Positions 31,779-41,588 of a stretch of DNA of 64,000 bases are shown here, one piece after another. The DNA lies in assembly GCA_963702095.1 (NCBI GenBank), contig OY969706.1:1408001-1472000 (forward strand). The letters run 5' to 3'. Each line of letters starts with the position of its first letter. Within the stretch, counting starts at the first letter, position 1. The position numbers and the translations under genes are program-made. The notes beneath the pieces are model-generated. The model was not told the origin of the DNA. It saw only the letters and a list, made by a program, of their open reading frames with translations, and searched no databases. The stretch is from Candidatus Bathyarchaeota archaeon (GTDB taxonomy: Archaea; Thermoproteota; Bathyarchaeia; Bathyarchaeales; Bathycorpusculaceae).

Positions 31779-32297
31779 TTATTTTACCTCCGGTGCTGCT
31801 GGGGCAGATTCTTGCGGTTGAGGAACTGCCGGTTTAGGTTCCTCTTTAGGAGCTTCCTTTTGCTTTTTCACTTTAGGCGGGTTAATTGCGTTGAGAAGCT
31901 TAACGACGCCGTCTATGATGGCTTCTGGGCGGGGTGGGCAACCAGGTATGTAAGCGCTGACGGGAAGAACCTTGTCTACTCCGCCGAGCACGTTGTAGTT
32001 TCCCGCGAATACTCCGCCGCCACATGCACATGCGCCGATGGCGACGACGAATTTGGGCTGAGGCATCTGGTCGTAGACGCGTTTTAAGCGTTCTGCACAT
32101 TGCTGTGTTACTGCGCCTGTTACGAGGAGTACGTCGGCATGGCGGGGGGATGGTTCTAGTTTTATTCCGAATCGTTCAACATCATATTTTGGAGTGAGGA
32201 GCGCAACGATTTCGATGTCGCAGCCGTTGCAGGCGCCAGAGTTGAAGTGTAGCACCCAAGGCGATTTTACACGTGCCCAAGTTTTTGTGTCTGTCAT
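31779..32297 (-). CDS. Hydrogenase small subunit (NuoB-like)
   Basis: GACNGCDIE, SPRHADVLLVTG, GACACGGG, PGCPPRPE. Confidence 0.9.
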   Translation of the reverse strand: MTDTKTWARVKSPWVLHFNSGACNGCDIEIVALLTPKYDVERFGIKLEPSPRHADVLLVTGAVTQQCAERLKRVYDQMPQPKFVVAIGACACGGGVFAGNYNVLGGVDKVLPVSAYIPGCPPRPEAIIDGVVKLLNAINPPKVKKQKEAPKEEPKPAVPQPQESAPAAPEVK

Positions 32298-32639
32298 TTA
32301 CTCTTTGCCTCCATCAAGTAAGACTATGCCCGCAGCGAGGATTATGCCGATGTAGAGGACCAACAGAAGGGGATTCACCTGCGCCAAAGCAAAGGAAGCG
32401 AACGCAAGTACTAGAACTGAGGTATCGAACACTACGAAGTAAATTAAGTACTTGTAGAGGGAAACGTTGATTTTGAGTCCTTGGAAGGTAACTTTTTCTC
32501 CGCAGGCATACGCCGCCTGTTCGTTTTCGCTTATAGTAGTTTTAGGCGCTGAATGTTTACCTATTGCATAGATTGCGTAGGTGGCGACAAAAATTAAAAC
32601 GAATGCGAGGATGGCTTCCAAAATTGCGTCGACAATCAT
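32298..32639 (-). CDS. NuoA-like subunit
   Basis: YACGE loop, YLIYFVVFD; 3 TM. Confidence 0.8.
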   Translation of the reverse strand: MIVDAILEAILAFVLIFVATYAIYAIGKHSAPKTTISENEQAAYACGEKVTFQGLKINVSLYKYLIYFVVFDTSVLVLAFASFALAQVNPLLLVLYIGIILAAGIVLLDGGKE

Positions 32640-32854
32640 GCTATTTTCTCTCCGTGAATGCCTTTTACCATCAAAGCTTCCTCAAGGGTAGAACCAAATT
32701 GGCACTTGTTATACCCGAAAGCGTCTCTGTGACCGTATTTAAGGTTATCTGCATGGGAACTGGACAAATGAGCGATACTAAAGGCAGCATCAGGTTTGCT
32801 GTTAGGCGTTTTAATGGTGAATTTATCGGTACTGCATAGGATGGTCTCTCCCAT
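32636..32854 (-). CDS. Small hypothetical protein heading the hydrogenase operon
   Basis: 72 aa, GGAGAG upstream, 4-bp overlap with the nuoA-like gene. Confidence 0.45.
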   Translation of the reverse strand: MGETILCSTDKFTIKTPNSKPDAAFSIAHLSSSHADNLKYGHRDAFGYNKCQFGSTLEEALMVKGIHGEKIA

Positions 32855-33000
32855 TGAATCTGTTTCTCTCCTTTACTGCCCCGAGATAGTTCACATAAAA
32901 GCAGTGTACTTGCTTTTAAATTTTGAGAAGCCAAATGTGTTAAATTTCATGTTTGTATCCATATTTTGAACGATATGACTAATATGTACCATCGATGCAA

Positions 33001-34104
33001 TTAAACCGATATTTCATCACTCAAACCATTCTCAGGATATGGAAACAGATGCGCCTTATCCAAAGGATAAGTAATAGTAACATCTTGACTTACATCAACC
33101 CAATCTTCTGTAAGCGATGGCCGATTAATTACAAACCGATCACCGTTCACAAGCCGTATCTCATAACGGACAATAGTGCCTTCAAAGGTGGTTTTCTCGA
33201 TTTGCCCAAACAAGGCGTTGGGTCCCTCAATGAAACCCATCTTCATTTCACATGTTTCAGGCCTAATAGCCAAAACAACCCGGTCATTCACATTTATGTC
33301 TCGCTCGCTGAATGCTTCAACCCTAAAGCCCTCTCGCAACTCCACCTCGGCATTTTTGCCATCGGTCTTTGTAACATAGCCTTCAAGCAGGTTAGATTCT
33401 CCGATAAAGAATGCCACAAACAAGGTCTTAGGATGCATATACAGTTCTTTGGGCGATCCAATCTGGACTATCTTACCTTTCTTCATAACGGCAATACGGT
33501 CAGAGATAGACATCGCCTCAGCCTGGTCATGAGTAACATGAATAGCCGTCAATTTTAAGTCTTTAGCCATACGTCGAATTTCATATCGGATGTCATTGCG
33601 AACTTTTGCGTCAAGCTGCCCCAAAGGCTCATCGAGAAGCAGAATCTTTGCGCCAGCGGCAAGCGCCCGAGCTACTGCAATACGCTGCATCATACCTCCG
33701 CTGAGTTCGCCCGGATAAGCATTGAGGCGTTCATTGAGCTTAACCAGCTCGAGGACTTCATGTCCTATGGTGTCAGCTTGTTTAGCATCATAATTCTTAA
33801 CTTTCGGCCCATAGAGCACGTTACTCCAAGCAGTCATGTGTGGAAACAAAGCAAAAGTTTGAAACACGAAGCCGATATCCCGGTCTTCCGGAGGAACCTT
33901 GTCTACACGTCGGTCGCCAATGTAGATTTCGCCTTCGTCCGCTTCAATTAAGCCAGCGATGAGACGTAGCAGGGTGGTTTTGCCGCAGCCACTTGGACCC
34001 AAAAGCGAAAAGTACTCTTGGTCGTGAATGGTTAGGCTGACATGGTCTAAAGCGTAAAGTTTACCATATTTTTTTACTACATTAACAACTTTGACTTCTG
34101 GCAT
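33001..34104 (-). CDS. ABC transporter ATPase (FbpC/PotA-like, TOBE domain)
   Basis: GPSGCGKTT, LSGGMMQR, LLLDEP. Confidence 0.9.
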   Translation of the reverse strand: MPEVKVVNVVKKYGKLYALDHVSLTIHDQEYFSLLGPSGCGKTTLLRLIAGLIEADEGEIYIGDRRVDKVPPEDRDIGFVFQTFALFPHMTAWSNVLYGPKVKNYDAKQADTIGHEVLELVKLNERLNAYPGELSGGMMQRIAVARALAAGAKILLLDEPLGQLDAKVRNDIRYEIRRMAKDLKLTAIHVTHDQAEAMSISDRIAVMKKGKIVQIGSPKELYMHPKTLFVAFFIGESNLLEGYVTKTDGKNAEVELREGFRVEAFSERDINVNDRVVLAIRPETCEMKMGFIEGPNALFGQIEKTTFEGTIVRYEIRLVNGDRFVINRPSLTEDWVDVSQDVTITYPLDKAHLFPYPENGLSDEISV

Positions 34105-34154
34105 ACTTTTTTCGTTCCTCTATGACTTTTTTGGGTGACTTATTGATTATCATG

Positions 34155-35879
34155 TTAGGCTTTTCCTTTTTTTGTTAATAGACGCAAGATCAGCAGTATA
34201 ATGAAGCTGAATAGGATCAAGAGACCGCAAGCTAAGCCTACATTTAAGGCTGTAACGCCTGCAATCGGTCCAATCGTGCCTCTAACAGAGTTAACCCAAT
34301 TTACAATCAAAACAGGCGCCGTCTGCAGTTTTGTCGCTACAGCCAAGGTCGCGCCGGTTTCGCTTACGCTTCTTGTAAAGACGATGATTGCACCTGAGAA
34401 GATGGAATATTTAGTAATAGGCCAAACAATTGAGCGGAAGACGATTAAGGGTTTAGCCCCCAACGTTTTTGCAGCTTCCTCCATATCGACAGTTATACGC
34501 TCCATAGCAGCGGACATTGATCGCACGAAATAGGGATAGGTAATTGCCAAGTGAGCGAATACCAACAGCAGAAACTCAGGGATACCGGGGAGGTTTGACC
34601 AAAAGAACTTTAAAGACACTCCTAAGGCTATGGAGGGAACAATAATTGGAACGTTAATTAAGGTATCAAGAATTACGGAGAGCCATTTTCCAAAGGTTTT
34701 GCGAGCAATCAGTATAGCCATAGGCAATCCTAAGGCAATACCTAACACTGTAACTACAGCGGCTAAGCCATAGGATAACGTTAAGCTCTGCCAGAAACTA
34801 GCCCATATGCCTGAGCCAGTAAAAACTTCAGTAAACGTTGACCCAGTTACGATGGCTTGGAATGCGGGCAACGCAACGAACATGGAAGGGATCAACACGA
34901 TGAATATGAAGACAGCCAATGCGATGCCGTTGCGGGTCCAAGCGCCTTTTTTATAGCTGAGTTTCTTTTCAAACGACGCCAAACCGTGGCCGAATGGAAG
35001 TTTAAGCCTTTGCCCAACCACACGGATCAAGACAAAAATTGCCAAAGATACAACAATGAGGATGAGACTGGCAAAAACAGTGGCAGCTTCGTATGATCCT
35101 TGGGTAATAGTGCCGCTTTTGAATTCGTTACTTACGGTCTGAATAAAGACGGGGCCGTTTAGGAATAATCCTGCCGCCACTATGAAGGTGGCACCTGTTT
35201 CTGAGAGAGACCGCGCAAAAGCCAAGGTGTAGGCAGCAATCAAGGAGGGCTTCAAAATCGGCAATGATACGGTTCTGGCGGCGGTTAACGGTGGAGCGCC
35301 GAGCGTGCGTGAGGCTCGTTCATACTCGGTTTTGTAATCGAGCAGTGCACCGACAATAACTCGGACGACCACAGGATAGGAAAAAGTAAAATGTAGAAGT
35401 AAAACAAGAAGCCACCCGGGGGAAACAAAGGGTTGACCGAATAGGTCAGATATGCCACCGGGTGAGCTCCAGAAAAGTAAAAGCGAGTATCCCAATGCAG
35501 CGGTTGGTACGACAAAGGGCAAATCCGCCAGTGTATCAAGAACAGTTAACCACCTTGACTTGCCACGGGCAATAAACCAAGCAAGCGGGAGACCTGCCAG
35601 AAGATCCAAGCCCGCAACAACCAAGCCAATTATGAAAGATACAGCGATAGCGTTTAAAGCTGTATTCATTAACGCTGGGTTATCAAGTATGTTCTGTAGG
35701 GACCCCGCTTTGGTTAAGATTCCGATGATCGGCGGGATCAGAATTAAAGCAAAAAAGATTATGACAGCTGAAATGTAGAGGGTGTACTTTAGGGATTTTT
35801 TGGAGGATAAACGGTTGAGCTTGTCTGAGGCTTTACTAAGCAAGGTGCCGCTCCTTTGGTGGGGGTAGTTTTTGCTCAA
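34155..35879 (-). CDS. ABC transporter permease with duplicated domains (FbpB-like)
   Basis: Two EAA loops (YERASRTLGA, MEEAAKTLGA). Confidence 0.85.
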   Translation of the reverse strand: MSKNYPHQRSGTLLSKASDKLNRLSSKKSLKYTLYISAVIIFFALILIPPIIGILTKAGSLQNILDNPALMNTALNAIAVSFIIGLVVAGLDLLAGLPLAWFIARGKSRWLTVLDTLADLPFVVPTAALGYSLLLFWSSPGGISDLFGQPFVSPGWLLVLLLHFTFSYPVVVRVIVGALLDYKTEYERASRTLGAPPLTAARTVSLPILKPSLIAAYTLAFARSLSETGATFIVAAGLFLNGPVFIQTVSNEFKSGTITQGSYEAATVFASLILIVVSLAIFVLIRVVGQRLKLPFGHGLASFEKKLSYKKGAWTRNGIALAVFIFIVLIPSMFVALPAFQAIVTGSTFTEVFTGSGIWASFWQSLTLSYGLAAVVTVLGIALGLPMAILIARKTFGKWLSVILDTLINVPIIVPSIALGVSLKFFWSNLPGIPEFLLLVFAHLAITYPYFVRSMSAAMERITVDMEEAAKTLGAKPLIVFRSIVWPITKYSIFSGAIIVFTRSVSETGATLAVATKLQTAPVLIVNWVNSVRGTIGPIAGVTALNVGLACGLLILFSFIILLILRLLTKKGKA

Positions 35880-36012
35880 AGAACAACTTAATTGGCGGTT
35901 CCACTATATTAGCTGTTACATAGAAAAAGAATTTTCTAAATAAACTAAGCGCTGAATATGTAGGCTACTATGCAATCAATAAAATATAGAGAAAACACTG
36001 GCTCACTATGGG

Positions 36013-36804
36013 TTAACTAACGACTTTTCGGAATTGAATCAAAGTTGCACTCAACGTCAAAACCGCCAAGAGCGTTATGACACCGAAAGCCGGCAGTATG
36101 GTACTCCAGTCATACCCATTAATCATGAGCACGCGGCAAGCGTTTACTGCGTAACTGATGGGGTTAAAAGCTGAGATGGTTTTGATCCAGTCAGGCTGAA
36201 AACTCTGCGGCACCAAAGCCGTACTAAGGAAAAGCAAGGGAAAAGTGATGAAGCCACCGATGGCAAAAACCGTCTCCGAACTCCTTGTTTTCATGCCGAT
36301 AGCCAAGGAGATGCCTGACCAAGCTAAACCAAAAAACGCTACAATAATCAAAATAAGAATCATCCCAGGTATCCCCGTCACGTAGGAGACACCGACAAAG
36401 GGCAAAAGCGATAACAGAATAATAATTAATGATTGAATAACCACGCGAAAAGCATCGCTTGTTAACCGACCCAACAAAATCGCGTAGCGGCTCACAGGCG
36501 TCACCAGCATTTTCTGCAAGTAACCCGAGTCGATATCCGCGACAATCGAGTTACCCGACTGCAAGGCACTGCCGAAAGCATTCTGCAATAAGATGCCTGC
36601 AGTGGCGAAAATAGCATAGCTAGTGGTACCGGTCGCAGCGACGAAACCGGGAATTTCAGAGAATTGCCCAAAAAGCTGGGTGAAAAGTAACAAGAAGATG
36701 ATTGGTTGAAAGAGCGAGAAAAACAAAAGGATAGGGTTGCGGATTAGTTTTTTGAGGTAGCGAACAAAAAGGTACCAAGTGTCAGTTAGCAAAGTCATTG
36801 TCAT
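36013..36804 (-). CDS. ABC-2 type exporter permease
   Basis: LFQPIIFLLLF, LVTPVSR, FNPISYAV. Confidence 0.85.
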   Translation of the reverse strand: MTMTLLTDTWYLFVRYLKKLIRNPILLFFSLFQPIIFLLLFTQLFGQFSEIPGFVAATGTTSYAIFATAGILLQNAFGSALQSGNSIVADIDSGYLQKMLVTPVSRYAILLGRLTSDAFRVVIQSLIIILLSLLPFVGVSYVTGIPGMILILIIVAFFGLAWSGISLAIGMKTRSSETVFAIGGFITFPLLFLSTALVPQSFQPDWIKTISAFNPISYAVNACRVLMINGYDWSTILPAFGVITLLAVLTLSATLIQFRKVVS

Positions 36805-37796
36805 CGGGCTCCAAACATTTTACTTGGCGCTTTAACCAAGTCTTCGGTGCGGATGCGTTTGCCAGTGTGCTTGAGGAAAACATCATCCAGCGATGGCGAC
36901 GAGAAGGTTACGGAGAGCAGCCTAATTTCACTGCTGTCAAATGCCCGCACAATATCGGCGACTAAGGGACCCGCGTTTTTTGCGAAAACGTTTAAGCAAT
37001 CCGGTGGACCAGAATCCATCACAAGAGTCACGCCAGTTAGGGTTTTTAGAAGTTCTTTGGCCTTGGACTTGTCTCGTTCACAGTTCTCAATAACCAGCTT
37101 AATCGAGTCAGCGCCGATTTCATGCTTCAAATCTGCAGGTGTTCCGCTGACAACAATTTTTCCTGAATCCACAATCGCCAGCCGCTTACAAAGCCGATCG
37201 GCTTCCTCTAGGTACTGGGTAGTTAAGAAGATGGTTGTGCCTTCCTTGTTAAGTTTTTCTAGATACGCCCAAATCGCTTGGCGTGACTGAGGATCCAACC
37301 CAGTGGTGGGCTCATCGAGGAAAACCAGTTTAGGCTCATGCACCAACGCGGTGGCTAAATCCAAACGCTTCTTCATGCCGCCTGAGTAGTTGCGTGCTCG
37401 TCGGTCTGCGGCTGATTCAAGCCCCACCAAGTTGAGGAGTTCGTTGACGCGGTTTTTGAGTTTGAGGGTATTCATCTGTTGGAATCTGCCCTGCAACATA
37501 ATGTTCTCTCTCCCCGTTAAGTCGCCGTCGACGGTTGTGTCTTGGCTTTGTACACCGATTATTCTTCGGATGGCGTTTGCTCCGTGTTCAATATCATGTC
37601 CAGCGACGGTTACAGTTCCGGAGGTTTTTCGGAGCAGGGTGGTTAAAACTTTGATGGCTGTGCTTTTGCCGGCGCCGTTGGGGCGTAGGAAACCGAAGAA
37701 TTCGCCTTCCTTAACAGTGAAGGATATGTCATTTATGGCTTTGGTGCCATCAGAATAGACCAGAACAAGGTTTTTGACAGAAATTATGTCGGACAT
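36801..37796 (-). CDS. ABC exporter ATPase (DrrA-like)
   Basis: RPNGAGKST (Walker A Gly replaced by Arg), YSGGMKKRL, FLDEPTTGLDP, PSLDDVFL. Confidence 0.85.
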   Translation of the reverse strand: MSDIISVKNLVLVYSDGTKAINDISFTVKEGEFFGFLRPNGAGKSTAIKVLTTLLRKTSGTVTVAGHDIEHGANAIRRIIGVQSQDTTVDGDLTGRENIMLQGRFQQMNTLKLKNRVNELLNLVGLESAADRRARNYSGGMKKRLDLATALVHEPKLVFLDEPTTGLDPQSRQAIWAYLEKLNKEGTTIFLTTQYLEEADRLCKRLAIVDSGKIVVSGTPADLKHEIGADSIKLVIENCERDKSKAKELLKTLTGVTLVMDSGPPDCLNVFAKNAGPLVADIVRAFDSSEIRLLSVTFSSPSLDDVFLKHTGKRIRTEDLVKAPSKMFGAR

Positions 37797-38114
37797 CGAC
37801 GTCTACATAGGTTAGTTTGCGTTTAGAGACTTAACTGTGTGTGACTGTACCCTAACAGCAACGCCTCGAGGCAACAGCGTGTTTGCGGTTAAGCAGAGAC
37901 AGAAATGATGGACTGTTGCTGAACTATTGGGCGCCGTTTCTTGAGGTTTTTCAGCAAAAGTTCAAGGGGAATTGGCGTCTTGACACACACAGTGTTTTGT
38001 AACTACTTTTTGTAGCCACAGACTCTTAAATACAGTCGTGTTTTGCTGGATAAGGTGACATTAGGCGATAAGAGCCTAAAGTAAATCAGAAAAAGGAGTT
38101 TTGGAGGTGGAATT

Positions 38115-38336
38115 TTGGTTAGAGGCGAAGGCACAACCGCTCAGGGATTTGCGAGCCCGGCAAAAATTCAAAGTTGCTTAAAAGGAGCCCATTACCCATC
38201 CAACAAGCGAGATTTAGTGAATCTTGCCAAGAAGAACAGTGCTCCTGAAGATGTTATGGCTATCCTGAACGTGATTGCGGATAAAGAATACAGTTCCCCA
38301 GCGAATGTTATGAAAGAAGTGGGTAAAAAAGAGTAA
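38115..38336 (+). CDS. DUF2795 family small protein
   Basis: LKGAHYPSNKRDLV..A....A...V...L..I.DKEY.SP..V; GGAGGTG RBS. Confidence 0.75.
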   Translation: MVRGEGTTAQGFASPAKIQSCLKGAHYPSNKRDLVNLAKKNSAPEDVMAILNVIADKEYSSPANVMKEVGKKE

Positions 38337-38519
38337 TCCCTGTTTTCCCCGTTTTTTTGGTCTATAAGTCTAGGAGATGCAAAAGTGGAGTCAATTAAAG
38401 GATTAAGTTGCGACGATATAACATACGGAATAGCTACGGTGCAGCCGAACCGCGCCATAAAACGTTGCCGCATACGCAACCTCAGAATAGAATACTACTT
38501 AATCAGCGAGGTAGCGGTT

Positions 38520-38648
38520 GTGCTTGTTATACCAAAATCTTGCAGCTTTTGCGAAAAAGGCGACGAATGCACGGACGATTTCATAATGCAGATAATAGAA
38601 AAAATAAGTGAGCCCAAAAACAATCCGGACCCCCACTTCCCTTTTTAG
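38520..38648 (+). CDS. Putative 42-aa Cys-containing microprotein
   Basis: GAGGT RBS then GTG: MLVIPKSCSFCEKGDECTDDFIMQIIEKISEPKNNPDPHFPF. Confidence 0.4.
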   Translation: MLVIPKSCSFCEKGDECTDDFIMQIIEKISEPKNNPDPHFPF

Positions 38649-38676
38649 TTAACCCAAAAAAGAGCAGGGCTTAGCC

Positions 38677-39333
38677 CTAAGCACCTAAGCTTGTCCTTTT
38701 CGCAACTTGTCGCTCTACAGAAAATTCAGGCAGTTGATCTCTAAGTTTCATTTCAACCATCGACTCCGCTTCCGCCAAAATTTGCATAGCTTCCGGGTTA
38801 GAGCTGGATGGACTAAGAGAAGGCCCTTCTGAACTCTGATTGGTTGTTGTTACAATTTCTGAGAGGAGGTTTCCGATGTTGCCCAGTTCCTGACTTGCCT
38901 CAGGCATGATGCTGCCCATCTCGGCGCGGATGCTGTTTAGCATGCCTTTTGCGGGGCTTAAAACGGCAACTACGTCGCCTAACTCTGAAACAGTGCTCAA
39001 ACGCATGGAGACACTTTGGAGTGCAAGTGAAGCGTGGGAGAGCATTTTTTCGACTTTTCTTATTTCTGAGAGTTCTGTTGCTAAAATGTTGGCTCGGTCT
39101 TGCTCTCGTTGAGCCATAGCTTTTATAATGCGGTTGAATACTTCAGCGTCTCGATTTTGGAAACGCTGGACAGCCATATCGAGCATTCGTGTTTGGCTGT
39201 CGAGACGTTGTGTGACTAATGTGATTTGTTCTTTTAAGTTGACTGATGGTTGGCCCACATTCTTGATTTTTTGGGCAAGAGACGGCTCATCACTTTGCTT
39301 CTGTTTCCATCTATTAGTGAAACCTTTGACCAA
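38677..39333 (-). CDS. ESCRT-III / Snf7 family (CdvB paralog)
   Basis: Helical core RANILATELSEIRK.EKML....LAL....RLSTV.ELGD, MPEA..EL, C-terminal IL.EA......LP; no wH tail. Confidence 0.85.
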   Translation of the reverse strand: MVKGFTNRWKQKQSDEPSLAQKIKNVGQPSVNLKEQITLVTQRLDSQTRMLDMAVQRFQNRDAEVFNRIIKAMAQREQDRANILATELSEIRKVEKMLSHASLALQSVSMRLSTVSELGDVVAVLSPAKGMLNSIRAEMGSIMPEASQELGNIGNLLSEIVTTTNQSSEGPSLSPSSSNPEAMQILAEAESMVEMKLRDQLPEFSVERQVAKRTSLGA

Positions 39334-40011
39334 TTAGTATTCCCCAAGCCCCTGTTCGAACCGAGCGATAAAAGAGTGTTCGCATTTATTAGTTAAAAGG
39401 CAGCATGCCATCATAGGGCTTTTTTATATGAGAAGTTAAAGTTGCTAGCAATTCGCTGGCTTCAACGCATGGACCCCAAAAATACGCATGGAGCAAACGA
39501 AGGATTTTGTTTTTAAACTCAAAGGCGCAAACAGCCATCTCCAACAAAAACAGCCTAAAAAAAAACTGTAAACCCAGATTCAGCTGCAACAATACTCAAA
39601 CATTTTAACATGTCACTACCCCAGCATGCAAGCAAATTCAGCATGAAAAACATAAAAAGCTAGAACGTTGTGATGCAACAAAAGCTCTAATCTTATCAGT
39701 GAGAATGACTTATGTGGGTATAATGGCGAAGTCCAAATCATGCAGAAAAAATGAAAACGCTGAAACAGGTTTCTTAAAGACAGAAACCGAAGAGGTTTAT
39801 GCAGACGAGAAAAAAAGGCAAGCAGCACAGCCATTATACCTAAAAAGATATGAATAGACGTTTCTCGGTTCAACATTTTTTGGATGAGCCGCTTTTTGCA
39901 GCCATGGCCTAAGTTTTCTAGCAATTGGTGCCCTATTTATTTTGAAAGTAGAAAAATGTCCAAAATAGCCTCTATCTCTTTCTCTGGGACGATGGATAAT
40001 CGGCTGGACTA

Positions 40012-40311
40012 CTACATGGCGGCGGGCTTAAGTTCAAGGTCCTTAATTTCTTTAAAGGAATCCTTTATGGTTACGACGTCGCCTACTTGATCGATGGCTT
40101 CCACTGGCAAAGAAATAATGGGGTTACTACGAATGTTAATCAAGCCGCCTGTTCTGTACCCAAGCTGTTTCGCAACATCGTCAGTCAAGTGAATTCTAAG
40201 ATGTGTTGCACGCCAGTTGTCAATGTCTATGTCTAGTCCTTCTACTTCTCCGATTAAAAGGCCCTTTATACCGATAACTTTCTTTCCTCTAAACGATTCG
40301 GCTGAAACCAA
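40012..40311 (-). CDS. PRC-barrel domain protein
   Basis: GKKVIG.KG.LIGEVEGLDID...W, LPVEAIDQVGDVV. Confidence 0.8.
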   Translation of the reverse strand: MVSAESFRGKKVIGIKGLLIGEVEGLDIDIDNWRATHLRIHLTDDVAKQLGYRTGGLINIRSNPIISLPVEAIDQVGDVVTIKDSFKEIKDLELKPAAM

Positions 40312-40526
40312 AAATCACACCATACTTTAAGGTACAATGATTCCTAATTAAAATGTTTGTATAGGTAGCAAGGCTATAACAAACACATAAAAGGTTTGCA
40401 ACCGTAACCTCTCTGGCTTGGCATTAACAAACCCACGTAACCCCCTAAATTCATCCCAAAAGCTTAGAGTTCTAGCATGAAAAGAATTTAGGCGAAACTT
40501 CTTTTGGAGATGGAGCAAAACAGTTC

Positions 40527-41552
40527 TTGCCGAAAGTTACAATCGTTTTCGCAGTTTTTCTCATAACATGTGCTTTATCTACGATAGGTGCGTTCAATCA
40601 AGCATCTAAAGCAGATGCTCAAACTCCAAGCATACAACCATTCGATTCTACCCCGCAAGTTCCAATGACAATAGATGCCCAACCCTCAGATGACACTGTT
40701 TTCATAGGGGTTTGGCTGTTAAACATGTTTGATTTTCAGTATAAAAGTGGCAGCTATACCATGGACATGTACGTCTATTTTTTCTGGAGCAACCCCAATA
40801 TCACTAACATTGATTGGTACTTCTCCAATGGATACCCAATTACTCCGACAGCTGTAACATTAGTGGCGAATACAACAAGCGGCGACTTCGAAGTTCAAGT
40901 CTATAGGGCGACAGCCCGTTTGAATTATTCGCCAGACGCCGCCAACTATCCGTTTGACCACATAAATGTAACTATATCAATTGATTTGTTAACACATGGA
41001 AACAACGTAGCTTTCCAGTGGCTAACCAATCAAACGGGGGTTGATCCTCAATTTACCAATTCCGGCTGGAAAACAGACAGCATTCAGCTAAGTACATCCC
41101 TGCATCCTTACCCGATTGGAGTTCAGGTGCCCAGGGCAGAAATGGTGATAAACCAAGAAAGACAACGTACAGCAACTAGCTTTTCGCCTTTTTTTCCTCC
41201 AGCCATTTTTAGTCTGGTATGCGCAGTTTCATTCCTGTTCAGCCTCAAAGAGATGAGTTCTGTAGGATTACGCATAGGATTAAACACATCCATGCTTGTG
41301 ACTACGTTACTTTTCAGTTTTGGCGCAAGCAGCGACATACCGCCTTCCCCATACATTGTATTATACACAATTTACCTGCTTTGTGTTCTGATTTTTATGG
41401 TCTGCAATTTAATTGTAACGATTATCGGGGTTGTGGGTTGGGTGAAATTTAAGGACGAAAAAAGAACTGCTATAGCCAACAGATTAGGCTTTCTGATTTC
41501 TGTCATTGTGCCTGTGACAATATTTTTGCTACTGTATTATGTTAAAGTTTAA
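40527..41552 (+). CDS. Prokaryotic pentameric ligand-gated ion channel (Pro-loop) homolog
   Basis: Signal peptide; beta ECD (VFIGVWL..M..F......YTMDMYVYFFW); YPFD loop; M1 FPPAI, M2 RIGLNTSMLVT, M2-M3 Pro, M3, M4. Confidence 0.75.
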   Translation: MPKVTIVFAVFLITCALSTIGAFNQASKADAQTPSIQPFDSTPQVPMTIDAQPSDDTVFIGVWLLNMFDFQYKSGSYTMDMYVYFFWSNPNITNIDWYFSNGYPITPTAVTLVANTTSGDFEVQVYRATARLNYSPDAANYPFDHINVTISIDLLTHGNNVAFQWLTNQTGVDPQFTNSGWKTDSIQLSTSLHPYPIGVQVPRAEMVINQERQRTATSFSPFFPPAIFSLVCAVSFLFSLKEMSSVGLRIGLNTSMLVTTLLFSFGASSDIPPSPYIVLYTIYLLCVLIFMVCNLIVTIIGVVGWVKFKDEKRTAIANRLGFLISVIVPVTIFLLLYYVKV

Positions 41553-41588
41553 AAATCGCCCCTACAGCAGGGGTAGAGTGTTTAGCGG

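Noticed and set aside
37856-37921. CAGCAAC...GTTGCTG inverted repeat upstream of the ABC exporter
   Set aside because: Only 7-8 bp with no supporting internal structure; expected by chance
39389-39924. Minus-strand ORFs of 67 and 102 aa in the cdvB-PRC gap
   Set aside because: Low-complexity A-rich DNA giving Phe/Leu-biased translations with no motifs or RBS
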